Below the pieces are notes generated by a model. That model worked only from the letters and a program-made list of their open reading frames with translations, made no database searches and was not told the DNA's origin. DNA of 64,000 bases, the filler included, from Trypethelium eluteriae (lineage: Eukaryota), in assembly GCA_051942245.1 (NCBI GenBank). It is 5 parts of 5 records of this genome, joined end to end, with 100 filler letters (N's around TTAATTAATTAA, not from the genome) between each part and the next. Parts side by side here need not be neighbours in the genome. Positions count along the whole stretch, not along the records: positions 39,746 to 52,858 come from JAVECL010000745.1; positions 52,959 to 64,000 come from JAVECL010000838.1; 3 more parts are not named here. One strand, written 5' to 3'. Positions 47,340 through 60,078 of the stretch are shown here, piece after piece (the first letter of the stretch is position 1; every line of letters begins with the position of its first letter). A program made the translations under genes and the position numbers.

Positions 47340-48724
47340 GTTAGCAAAGCCAATGTACAAAGAAGAAATGAAAGCATGAACAACGAAAAATAAATCAGTC
47401 ATCGACCAAAGATTCTGTTCGGTGAGACGAGCGGCACGCAGGAGATATGCAGGCCGACCAAACCGAGCGACTGCAGAAATTGCCTGCAAATCCAACCAAT
47501 CGCAGGGGCTTTGATATCGATCAATGCATGCTCACCTCTCTTTTTGACGATATATGCAGATATCTAATTGACTCTACCCCAGGAGTATGCGTCCTGTCCA
47601 ATAGGGGCCTCCTCGCTGACTTCATGGAGTAGACCTTCTCCCATGAGCCTATCAGACTTGTGTATGTCTCGTCAACCCAAAAATCCTCCTTATCCTCATC
47701 ATAGCCGACGGCGTTCTTGCCGCTATCCTGCAACAAATCTCGCCCTCTACATGATCGAGCTTCAATGTTATGCTGAAATCCTCACACCCTTGCTGGTATT
47801 GCATCGCAGGTGTTCTCAAAGTGGTTGATCTAGCTCTTCAAGCTTCCATTCCATGTGTTCAAGCCCTGCAGCGAGGACGATAGGTCTCCAGTGGTCATAT
47901 CGAGAGCGATGTTCGATCCGAGGTAGGTAGGAAGATTCTCTAGAGAAGCGTTTGCGGGGCCGTCGGAGGAGCACTGAACGGCGATTGTATTAGCGCACCT
48001 TCGATAATTTTTGAGTAACAGAGGTAAGTCGCGGGAGAGGCTACATACGAGAAGATGAAAAGGAATCGAAGAGGGGCACCAAAGTCACTCCAGTAGAGAC
48101 CACAAGAGTACAACATTTCGAGCATTTCAATCTGTACTCCGTACACACTCCTGATATGTTTTCTCCTCCCTGCTCCACGCGGACTTGATCTGAAAACGCT
48201 ATACCTTATTTGAAATTAAAGAAACATTTCGCATTATTCCTTAGGTCCGAATCGCTTCCCAAAGGGGTTTAACAAGTCCACCTCAGGTAGTAGCAACTTC
48301 AATGGAGCACTGTCTCATCGAAACACACTTCCAGGTTCTCTCACCAGAGTTACGATACATACGTGCTTTGTCTCGGCAGCTAGTGCAAGCCCCACGTTCC
48401 GAAAGTGTGCTGCTCTCCACATTAGACCAGATCGAGCGACGCCGATCAAGATTAAAATAATATCATGCGACCTTACAGAAGTACAAAAGTCTCACATGGT
48501 GCTGACCACTTGCACACGCCAAACTTTGGCTGTATGCAAGGCGGCTCGTCTCATTCCATAGAAGAATGATAGAGTATTTGAACTGCTCGCTCCTTTTGCG
48601 ATTGTTTCTCATCCTGATTCAGAACTACTCCAAGACCTATATGAAACATACGAGGCTATTGACAAGGCGAATTTTGATGGTTTAGATTGTCGAACTTCTC
48701 CCTCCGAGTATTGTCACTTTCGTA

Positions 48725-49943
48725 ATGGCGTCACCCTTGTTTTTCACCTCTGCTCCACCTTTCCCAGATGACGTTCCCGTCGCCCAGATTGCCAGAATTT
48801 CCCTCGAAAAGCTGGCCAATAAGGATGCCCAGGAAGCGAAAGCTGTCTTTGATGCATGCACCTCTCTAGGCTTCTTCTTGCTTGATCTGCGTGGTAATTC
48901 TGTCGGCGAGGAACTGATCAAAGATGTTGATGCCGCTCTCGAGGCAACTGGTGAGACTATGGATATCGGGCCTAGAAGAGAAAATGCACTTCACTCAACA
49001 TACGCCCAAATGCTTTTCTGGGTAAGTGGACCAATATGCTTAAACATCCAGCAGCTGCGTCCCACTTTTCCCTGCGTGGCGCGGCATCGCTACTAACTGA
49101 CGCTCTGGATATAAAGCGAAGGGTATCATGAAGACTGAAAATGACAAGCCAGACCGGTGCGAATTCTACGTCGTTACTCAAGATGACATATTGCATAATC
49201 CTTCAAGATTCTGTATCAAGGATGACGATCCATTTCATACACATCCATTTCCTAATCCGCCACCGATTGAGTCTCGAAGGCATCATCTGGAGGGCTTCGT
49301 CAATAGAGGCCAATACGCTATCACCTTAGTTCTCCGCGTCCTTTCCACCCAGCTCGGGCTACCCGAAAATATTTTTCGGGAACGCATGCAACCTGATCAA
49401 AGTAGTGGAACAATTATTCGACTGATTCGCTCCGCACCTTCTCTCACTCCCGAGGAGAAGCGTACAGGCTTAGTAGCGCATACAGATTACGGTTCCATCA
49501 CACTGCTAGCGAACGTCACTGGCGGTCTTCAAGTTCTGCGTCCTGATGCTGATCCCTCAGATGAGAGGGGCTGGGAGTATGTGAAACCTGAACCCGGCTG
49601 TCTAATCGTAAACATCGCAGACGCGATGGTCCAATGGACTGGCGGCGTCTTGCGTTCCAATATGCATCGCGTCAACTTCGTACCTGGTACTCAGGCGCTG
49701 GTGCCTCGGCATTCAGTCGCACTGCTGGTGCGGCCCCAGATGGATACGAGGATGAGTAGGATAGTGGGTGGACGTATTCCGCTTGTTAGCGAGGATGGAG
49801 AAGACAAGGCGAAGCGAGCGGAAGAGTTGAAGGGCCTCTCCGCAATAGTGTGGGAGAGGAGGAAGGCCATGGCTTTGCGTGAGGGGAGGGACATCATGAA
49901 GAGTAGGGGTGGGAGGGCCTTACAGCCGCTTGCTGCTGTCTAG
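48725..49943 (+). pseudogene. 2-oxoglutarate/Fe(II) dioxygenase (IPNS-like) with an apparent +1 frameshift and a lost 3' splice AG
   Basis: Catalytic HTDYGSITLL...HRV...RHS is intact. LEEKMHF lies in the +1 frame after GGGCC (48968-48972). The expected acceptor before (G)YKAKG reads CTCTGG (49103-49108), 11 nt after TACTAAC. Confidence 0.65.
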
Positions 49944-50980
49944 CATAGCACATTCTGTATTGGACAGATCGAACACACGAATCCGGATGCAAACGTGCGT
50001 CAGTGCTGATAGCTTTTGGGTTTGACATCAGTCATCGTTTATAACTGAGCAAGGCTCGACAACATTATCGGTGGCTGGGGGGTGTTTTTTTTCTTGTTTC
50101 TCTTAAGGAAAAGATCTCGCATATCCATAAGCTTGGAAGACTGTCCAGAGCGAGTGAAGCCAACGTTCTCCGCTCTTGCCTTCCGTGACAGACTTCATCG
50201 GCACGGCCAGTAATTTGCAAAGAACGTTGACCTAGATAGCGTGCATGTCTTTGCACATGCTGGGTACAAGGGCGGGCAATTGCGCAGAGTCGCCATCGTC
50301 AATTTAGAGGAGCGGATTTCCACGGCACGGAGTCCTCAGCTTTGAGCGTGAACGCTAGTAGAGCTATCATGGTCATTCTTCGCGAGAAGTAAGGAGTAAG
50401 GAGAAAGCAAAAGATCCGCCCCTGGCATTTCAGTATAGAAATTAGTTCAATGGCGTATTCTGGATTAGATCGAGTTGGTTGGAGTTGAGCTTCGGATCCC
50501 CTGCAGGACTGCCTCTGGAAGGGTCTTTTGAAAGTGACCTTTGCAGAGAAGTTATATCACTATTAGATTAAGTACTTAATTCGAGAAGATACCTTAGTGG
50601 GTGGTGGTTCGACTTTTTGCCCAAGATGGCTAGCTGCTCAAGGGGCTCAGCCCTACCTGCGGAAAGCCGGTCAAAGGTGCTTGAGCCGTTGCTCGTCCAG
50701 CTGCTGAGCCCCAATCCTCTGGTCCACTCGATCGAACATATTACGACCATCCGTGTTGCCCTGAGTAGTACAGCGCATCTCCGAAACACTGAGCAGTGGC
50801 TTAGCAGGTTCATATTGGCGACCGAAGGACTGACTGCGCACCCATTTTTCTCCGCAAAACCACAGACCTCCGAAGTCTGAACATCCAAACGTTTGCAACA
50901 AGACTTGCCAATCCTTCAAGAGATGATTTTTACAATATCATGACCTTTCCCCTCTAGACCGATACTTCAATCAACCTGAA

Positions 50981-52858
50981 ATGGGCTCGCGCGCCCCATC
51001 TGCGCCTGCTGGCGAGCGAAAACCAGAAGACGGCATGAACGGAGGCGCCACTCCAGGGCAGCAGCTGGAGATGGAAAATGTTTCAAAAAATGGAAAACCA
51101 ACGTTGCCGATTGAAACAGACATAATGCAGCTCGCAAGGTTAGGGGAGATTGGAGCAATACAGAAGCTATTTGACAAGGGCGAGTATGACGCAACGTACA
51201 AAGACGAAGAGGAAATCACGCCTTTGCATGTACGCTATTCACAACGAAAAGACGCGGAGCAGTAGCGAGCAGAGTGCTGATATGACAGTATACAGTGGGC
51301 TGCTATCAACGGTCACTACGCACTATGCCATTTTTTGATCCAGTGCAGTGCACCCGTCAACGCAAAAGGAGGGGAGGCTGTTGCTACACCCGTGCTTTGG
51401 GCTGCAAAACGGTGCCACTACTACGTCGTCAACTTGCTACTTCAGAACGGTGCGGACCCATTGATCACAGATGACCAAGGCTTCAATCTCCTCCATTCTG
51501 CAACGCTCGATGGTAACGTCTTCCAACTCGTTCTCTTACTGCAGCAAGATCTGCCCATCGATATTCCGGATAGCCAAGGCCACACGAGTCTCATGTGGGC
51601 GGCCTATAAAGGATATCCGGCTTGCGTAGACTTGTTCTTGCGATGGGGTGCTAATGTGCATGCCAAGGATGAGCAAGGTTTCACAGCGCTGCATTGGGCT
51701 CTTGTGAAGGGTTCTGCAGCATGCATACTGAAATTGATCGAGTACGGCGCGGACCGGTTTGCTGCTAACAATGATGGCAAGACTCCGTCAACCACTGCGG
51801 GCGAAATGAACAGTACAAGACAGTGGCGCCAAGCACTCTCCGAAGCTGGCTACAATTCCGACGCTACGCCTAGGGACTTCCCTTTTTCGTTTATCACCAC
51901 GGATCGGACAAAGTTCATCAAACGATTCTTCTTTCTATGGCCCTTTGTAATGATATTTTGCGTGCTCTACATATTGAGTTATATGGTGGTGTATGCTGCA
52001 GTCCCTATTGCAGCAACAATGGCGTACGGTTTACAGTGGGCTGCTTCCAAGTTGTTAATATACGCACCTCCGGACATGAAGCACATACATAGAACTGTGA
52101 GTACACCCTGGTCTTGGATATGCAGCTTAGTAACAATCTTGTAGCCCTTTCTGGCTGGCATTTTTGCGGGAACACTTTTCTGGGTAGGAGTCTGGTATAT
52201 TACTCACATTCTTCCGAGTAAGTTCCGGTCATTATATTCTCTCAGTTTAAAAGCTAACACGACACTAAGCGATATGGTCATGGCAAACTGTCTTTATGAA
52301 CATTGCCTTCATTTTCTGTTACGTAATGACTGCATACTTTTACTTCCAGAGCATGTCTGAAGATCCAGGATACGTACCGAAGCCAAGCAGCCGCAACCAG
52401 CAAAGAGGCATCATTGAAGAACTTCTAGAAGCATGGAATTTTGATGAGCAGCACTTTTGCACAGATTGCATGGGAAGAAAACCACTGCGGAGTAAACACT
52501 GCAAACGATGTAAAAGATGCGTTGCTAGGCATGACCAGTAAGTTACCCACAATGCTCTTCCAGCGAAAATATACTGATATCTTCCAGCCATTGCCCCTGG
52601 GTGGACAACTGCATCGGCGTCAACAACCACCGCCACTTCCTCCTCTACACCGTCTTCATGGTCATCGGCATCCTCATCCTCATCCGCCTCACCTTCATCT
52701 ATATCTTCAGCCTCCCCACCCCGTCCTCCCCGACCGAATGCAACATCCTCGAGCCCACGCTCTGCGCCCACTTCCTCAAAGACCCCTTCGCCATCCTCCT
52801 CATCACCTGGACCTCCCTCCAACTCATCTGGGTCACCATGCTCCTCTTCGTCCAATTC
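50981..52858 (+). CDS. AKR1: Ankyrin-repeat DHHC palmitoyltransferase Akr1; 3' truncated
   Basis: Ankyrin repeats ([34 protein letters not shown]), TM segments, DPG motif and [37 protein letters not shown]. Confidence 0.96.
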
Positions 52859-52958
52859 NNNNNNNNNNNNNNNNNNNNNNNNNNNNNNNNNNNNNNNNNN
52901 NNTTAATTAATTAANNNNNNNNNNNNNNNNNNNNNNNNNNNNNNNNNNNNNNNNNNNN
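52859..52958. other. Artificial contig spacer
   Basis: 44 N + TTAATTAATTAA + 44 N. Confidence 0.99.
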
Positions 52959-53883
52959 CGGTTTGGGAGGATGGAGGAGGCGATGCATGGTGAGTGGGTT
53001 TTTGGTCTTTGCTTGGCAGCTTTGGCATAGGCGCATAGGCCTTTCTGCTCTGCTTAGGCTGGTCTATACAGCGGTCGTGACATAGACTGATGTGACGACA
53101 GGCATGTACAAAGAGATCCGCGTCGACTTCACCTCCCAGAGGGAAACTCTGAATCGAGTCCATCTCAACCAGATGCTGTCGTTACCACTCTGGAGCTCCC
53201 TTCCAACCTCAGGAGAGTCCCTTCAGTTCTGCAGGTCTATGCGGAGCAGACGCCGCGAACGTACGAGGCTGCCACTTCCAGACGTGCAGAAACTGGAGAC
53301 ATGGACTTCTCAAAGAGACAATGCCGTGCTATTCATTGACACTTACGTGCCTGTAGTTGCGAAAACATTTATGATTGACCTGATCGATCTCATTCTTGAC
53401 AATCGCATACCCATCATCTGGGCACTACGCTATGCGGATTACCAGGATCGACGCACAAGTGTCCTAGATGTCGTCCGTTTGTTGGTGTTGCAGGCAATGC
53501 AAGTCAGCGCCGACCGCTTGCTTGATAGCCCATTCCCAGTCACGGTGGAGCAGCTTCGAGAAGCAGCGAGTCTTAGTGATTGGGTCAGGATTCTGAACCG
53601 CTTGCTTCGCAGCATCAGCCAGGCTTTCATCGTCATAGATGCCGACCTGCTGTCGCACGTGACGTTGTGCGATCGAAGCGAGGCTCTGGAATTGCTGGAC
53701 GCACTGAGGATGGAGCTATCAGGAAATGTCAAAATCGTGACAGCCACATCCAGCGTCAGTCGAGCCTATGTCGAAACGCTCGAACATTCGAATGCATGTG
53801 TCAGGATTTGGACAGGCCATGGAGGAGACTGGAGAAAGCCACGGAAGCCCCGACGGCCAATGATACGCTTCAGGAAAGGATAA
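52959..53883 (+). CDS. C-terminal part of a protein with a degenerate NACHT/STAND-like NTPase fold; 5' truncated
   Basis: RFGRMEEAMH-GMYKEIR (GTGAGT..CAG intron); KLETWTS...VLFI...PIIWAL...RLLVLQAM...AFIVIDADLL...VKIVTAT follows the element order of fungal NACHT domains but lacks the GxGKT Walker A. Confidence 0.55.
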
Positions 53884-54013
53884 GATCGTACCGTCCATCA
53901 GACTCAATTGGTGATCTTGGTAAAGCAACATGTCCATAACAGTCGTGGCTGCAACAATTCTGTCAATTGGAGCCTCCCAAGTTTAAGCTAGTGGGGCCAG
54001 TGGAGGCAGGGAC

Positions 54014-57005
54014 TCATCTCAAGCCCTCATCTCGGGCTCTCTGATCGTCTGTATGGCCCTGCATGCGTTTCAGATACTCGGTGAAGTCGGACGAGACCGC
54101 CAGCGCCTGGGCCAGATGCTTCCAGTCCAGGCGTTCGTTTCTATAAATAGCCAGCTGTCGTGCAGTTGTGAGCACATTGCGGATCTGACGCCCGTTCAAC
54201 TCTTTTCCCGCAAGGTCATCAAGATGGAACTTGATCTCGTCATAGTTGACATCCTCCTCGTCTTCCTCGAGCATATCCAGAAAGTTTTGCCAAATCTTCT
54301 TACGCGTGGATCGGGTTAGGTTCTCGTAGTGTAAGGCTACCTGGATACGAGACTTGAACGCCTCATCGAAAATGCCAACCCTATTGCTGGTCAGGATCAA
54401 GATCCCATCATAGTACTCGAGGATTCGTAGGAACACGGAGACAAGGCTATTTCGCTTCAAGTCAGCCATTGATCGCTCCTCCAGGAAGACATCTGCTTCA
54501 TCCAGTAGAAGAACACAGTTCCAGGTCTTGCCCAGGTGAAGGACGGTATTGAGGTACTTCTCAACTGCTTCGGCGTTATTTCCTATATCTCCGCAAGTCA
54601 CTCGATACAGCGGCATTTCTGCAATCTCCGCAACACTTTCGCCAGTCAAAGTCTTACCAGTTCCAGGACCGCCGTGCAGAAGCATAATCAGACCATTGCC
54701 CTTGCCATTGGTTATGTCTGTGCGCTTGCCTGCAACACCAAGACCTTGTTTGATACCTCGTTGAGATGTTCGAACAGTGACCAGGGCTCGAACAAGGTCT
54801 TTAGTCTGAGGCGGGAGCACCAGCCGTTCGAAAGCCTTCTTGTTCCACGACACAGGCTGGACACAATCGACAAACAACTTGATCCACTTCTTTTCGTTCA
54901 AATAAAACCCATGTATGTCGGGAGGCATAATGTAGAAACAAACTCTGCTGGGTTTCTGTTCGATGTTGAGATAAGGTGGCATTCGATCGAATGGATGTGT
55001 CTCGGCTGGTTTCTCGAAGCGAAAAGCCTGAGCATGTTCGTGCATTTTGCGATAGATTTGGTGATCTATCATGAATCTGGCATCAGGCTAGTGATTTCAG
55101 CAGGAACCCAAGAAGAAATGTAGAATTCGTTCACTTACGAAATATTGATCCTTTGCGACATTCCAACCTTTGTAGGTGACTTGTGTCGCAATGCGTAGTT
55201 CCCAATGTTTAATTCCGCGATCCAAAATGTTATCTTGCAGCTCTGTGGTTGCATATTGAAGAGGATACGCCACGAGATCCTGTATACGTATAGTCTCTGG
55301 CTCTATCGGAGGAATGGAAAGGACGCTTTTTTTGCGCGCGAAGCCGGAACCATCAGATTGGAAGGACCAGCAGCGGAGCGTGACCCAACCATCTTTACCC
55401 AATTCAGGCCAATATTGCAGGATGAAAGCGGTAGGCTTCCCATATGTTCCACTTATAATGATTTCGTTGGGTTTAAAAAGGAACAAAATATGCGCTTTGG
55501 TAACTAGGCCTTTTGCGAAGAGGTTTTTGGCTTCTACAAATTCTGCACCGTACCGGCTATTCGTGTACTTGAGGAAGGCATCGACATGCTGTTTTGATTC
55601 AGGAAATTCTATAGTATGGCTCTCCAATAAGTGACGATGATGGAAGAGAAACAAATCCAAAGGATCAATGCGATTCTGCTGATCAAATGATTCCATGTCG
55701 TCAGGTTTTCGGCCCCCAGAGCTCGTGTAAGCGGGAGGCTGCGTCCGCAAGTTGGTTGGCTGAAAGTAGCATGTCGCAATTTTGTGAATCGCGTCTCTTA
55801 AAAACTTTGACTTTATATAGACACCTTCGGAGTATCGGATATGGCCAGTGCGACTGGCCATTAGGACAGATGCTTCGGAGCATTCAACTGTTCTAAGGAC
55901 AGCGAATGCGATATCATCTTCGTCATTATCCATAAAAGCTTGCAAATCAAATAATGGAACTGTTCCATTGAGATGGGACCGAGTCGAATCACTCCGATTC
56001 ATAGAGCCTGAAGGTGCGCCCGGCACAGGAGGATCGCGGAAGGCTGGCACAGGATGATTTGCAGATCGTGTTTTGTTACACGAAATATTGTAAAGGACAT
56101 CGGCGAAAGGAGGAATGTACTGCTTCGAGTTACTAAATTTTATTTGGATCAATTCGGAGTTAGAAGCAATGATTCCTAACCTCAACCGACTCGGCTTGAA
56201 TGGCATTGGAGTCGTCACCATGAACAGAAGTGCCATTGTGCGCTTTATTCGAGCGAGTGCGCGGTCCATGCGCGCGCTTCTGCCTTTTCGTGGCAGAAAG
56301 GCTATCCATATTAGCATTAGTTGGCGGTGACACGGGTGTGGATGTGGTGTGGTTGGCTTTAGAAGCTCTTGGGCTGTGGTGAATCGCTTCTGCTTGACCT
56401 TGCTTCTTTAAATTAGTATACGTCTCAATGATGACTGTGACTCCTCTTACAATAGCCTCTGCTTCGCAAGGTGTGCCCTTTCCTAGTCTCGCAATAAAGC
56501 CTTTGATTTTCGGTGCCTCAACAAATTTCACCAATTCGTTATCCTCCTGCTCTTGTCGAGCCATTAACAGTCGTTTCTTGTTCTGCTGCTCAAGAAGCAT
56601 AAGCTGCATCTGATAATCTTGCAATGCCTGGGCGCCGGTTCGCGCGTTGCCGGGTGGCGGTAAGGTGGTTTCAATGATGTGGATTTCGTCGTCTTCTAGT
56701 TCATCGCTAGGTAGGAGGAGTCTCGGGTTGTCTTCGCTTAAAAGTTTGAGGGAAGCATCTAGTTTCGTATTCTGACCATCTGCAAGGTCTTCTGAGATGG
56801 TCGTCTCTACGTTCCCCTTATCCTTGGTGGCGCCTTGTTGCTCTGTCCTCTGGCTCAGCCGCTGTCGAGCCTCTTTAATGCGTTGGGTATGTGCACGCGA
56901 GAACCGATCAATAGAATCCTCAGTCAGCCCAGAGAAGGCATTTAAACCTTCAGAAATATCGAGCTCGCAGCTGCGAAACGAATCTGCATTATCGATTGCA
57001 GGCAT
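54014..57005 (-). CDS. Fungal accessory-type AAA+ ATPase with long N-terminal region, 3 exons
   Basis: Walker A LHGGPGTGKTLT, Walker B LLLDEADVFL, LTSNR, DEAFKSRI, lid LNGRQIRN; phase-0 introns at ~56180-56123 and ~55137-55088 join three ORFs. Confidence 0.9.
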
Positions 57006-57573
57006 AAGAGTACAACAGTAGCAGCTTGAAATAGTGACTGCGTTTCAAACAGCGAGAGCCTTAGGCCGGATTCTGAGTCGTCGCATATCGCATGTCCAAT
57101 CCTCTCTTTGCGCTCAGCCATCCCATCAATTGGGCCGGGGGGATGGCGAGAGAAGATGTCGAGGCATTGTTGATACCTTATTGTAGGCAGGTAGCTTGAC
57201 CTAACCGATGAACACCCGAGCTCAGGTGACCAGGGTGATCCGCATTCAACTCGGCACCCACAACATATCTAGACTTACCCGCCGCAGACAGATTACGCCG
57301 AGCATAAATAATGGAGTCATGTAGAACGGGTTGACTCTCGGAACGCTTCCGCTGTCTCCCAGATGCTGCCAGCCGAACCTCGCACCTCCAAGATTTTTGC
57401 TCAGACCGAGTACGGAGTAGGAATCATTAATTTCTGTAACAGGCTGCATCGTTGACGACAATAAGAGTGTTGAAATTCCGTACGAGTTTCTTTGGAGAAA
57501 GAGTCGGTTGGACCAGGGTAATCCCTCCCCGCTGCATCCAGTCCATCTATCAGGCATTCTCCGATGATCAAGC

Positions 57574-59599
57574 ATGAATCGGCACCTATCCTCGTCTTTC
57601 GGCACCCCGGCGCCATATGGCCACGCATGTATAGGCTGCTCACAGTCTAAAAGTAAGTGTATAATTCGTCCGGCCGGTGGGCCATGTGAGAGGTCAGCAT
57701 ACTCAGTTATCCTTCTTCGCTCTACTGTTCCTCCTAGGTCGCGCTTGCAGGACATAACGACTGATGGAGGTAGATGCTCTCGTTTGAATAGAGAATGCCG
57801 CCCAACAGAGTCGGTCCGACGCCGCAATCGCAGAAAGTCCGTTGCAACTAAGAAGGCGCGACTGGAGGAAAAGCTAGATGATCTGGTATCGCTAATTAAG
57901 GCCGGAGATGTAAATCGCACGACAACCATAAACACCCAGCCCACAACTTCTGTGGATAATCCTAAGCCTCATGGAATTACTCAAACAAATGCCAATACAC
58001 GCCCTCACAATGAGGTTGAGAGTGATCTATTAATGAACAACTTGGAAGAACATGCTCACAGCATACCTGCGTTGACCACAGCTACTGTTGACGGTACAGA
58101 CTCCTCGTACGAGCCGTCTGCAGTCGAGGCAGTGGAATATCTCAAAAACTTCCAAACCTACAAAACAAGATACTTCCCGTTTATCTGCATTTCATCCACC
58201 ACCAGTGCTCAGCAACTCCGGCAGGAACGGCCGTTTCTATGGCTTTGCATAATGACAGTGAGCTCGAAATCAACGTCACAGCAACAAAAATTGAGTAGAA
58301 AAATACGAGAAACCATAGCACAAAAAATGGTGGTGCAATCCATCAATGATGTCGACCTTCTCTTGGGACTTCTGGCATTTATCGGTTGGTATGACGTTGA
58401 TCAACTGGAAACCTGAAGAGTTAGGCGCTGACCCCTCTCTCGTAGGGCTAACTACCAAGTACATGTCAAACCTTTTCTGGCCGTCTTTACTCAGCTTGCG
58501 GTGTCTCTAGTGTTTGATCTTGGTCTCGCCAAGCCCGTTCCTAAGGATACGCAGACATCCCCATGTATAATTGGGAAGTGCCCTAAGCGCACAACGCCTC
58601 GGACAATGGAGGAGCGGAGAGCTGTGCTCGGTTGCTTTTTAGTCACATCGATGTATGTCAGAAAGTTGACTCATCTGTCAATCGCATGCTTATTGCTTTA
58701 GAATATCATCGTTCTTACAGAGAATTGATGCCCTCCGCTGGACAGCACATATGGACGAATGCCTTCGGATACTGGACGAAAGGAGAGAATGTTCTAATGA
58801 TAAGGTCTTGGTTGAACAAGTGCGATTGCAATTGATTGTTCAAAAAATGGTCTTGCGCCCACTCCATGACGGCACATTGGACTCTGCAGAGGACAGAGAA
58901 CATTCACTTCTATATTTCGAAAGTCTCCGCTCACAGTTGCAGAGCGTCAAAACCAGACTTCTGAACGAATTTGGAGACAACGGTGAGCGACCACACACGC
59001 ACTGAACTTGAATCCTTGCTCATGTCATGATAGAGGTGGTGCTTTTACATCTATACAACACAGAGCTGGAGACCGCGCTTTCACCAACGTTTCTCCATAA
59101 CAGCAAACTAACAGTAAAAGAACGTGACTCTCTTTATGCCGGCCTCGAGTCGATAAAGTCCTGGTTTACCGTCTTCTTTACGATAACACCGGCCGCCTAC
59201 ATCGGATTCCCATTTTCTATATTCTCGCAGCTCATTCGTTGCCTGACAACACTCTACCGGCTCATGATTCTCGAAGACCCAGCATGGGACGAAAACCGGG
59301 TCTGGAAGACCACAGATGCACTCCTTATCTTGGATCGTGTAATTAACAGCATGGAACAAGTAGCGATTCTTGCTGGTCTAGACAACAGTGACAGCTCGGA
59401 AGGGGACACATTCTCTCGGCTCGCACAGCTTCTTCAGTCTCTTCGGCCTGGGTGGGAGGCAAGATTGCAATCGGACGACCTTGTTTCCTCGACGATTCCT
59501 GACCCACAAAATGTCGATGGGTATTCGTTTCTAGACTCCTTCGGAATGGAAATTTTTGACAATGACTGGCTCACGGATTTTATTCTCCCTTCAAACTAG
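57574..59599 (+). CDS. Zn(II)2Cys6 transcription factor, ~5 exons
   Basis: Spliced CIGC-SQSKSK-C-IIRPAGGP-CERC-SRLNRE-C, coiled coil LEEKLDDLVSLI, middle region YFPFI...RPFLWLCI...RTMEERRAVLGCF, acidic C-terminus. Confidence 0.9.
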
Positions 59600-60078
59600 G
59601 TCTCCACCAGTGAATTATGAAGCAAGATTACCTGGCGGGGCTTTGAAAAGGCACAGGTCTTCGGGGGATAAAATGAGGAAAACCCGTCCAGTCGTGTTTG
59701 CCGCTAGGATCGCCCCAGAGCCACAGCACCGGTCAGGGGCAATTAACGCCTAACTCCTTCTCCCTGTGATCTCTGTTACGTCTTGTTTATGTATTTGTAA
59801 TCGTGATTGCAGGAAAGGGGGCCATGAAGGTTCAATGGAGTAATGGTAGGCTGATCGGGTTTCGGATTTCGATTTTCGCTGAATCCCGACGCTAGTGCCA
59901 TTCAGCCATTTGGTTGAGCCTCGAAGTCTATGACATTTGCACACTTTCCACAGCTTATAAATGGTTGATGGTATCGCTGTAGAAGTCTTCTCGCTCATCA
60001 TGTCTGCAAGTCCATTGGAGAACAGAACATCCCTCCAAGCATACCGGATTGTATACTCCATTATCACCTCGCAACAAC

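Noticed and set aside
47521..47950. Possible decayed gene upstream of the deaminase
   Set aside because: Short stop-interrupted frames with no recognisable family.
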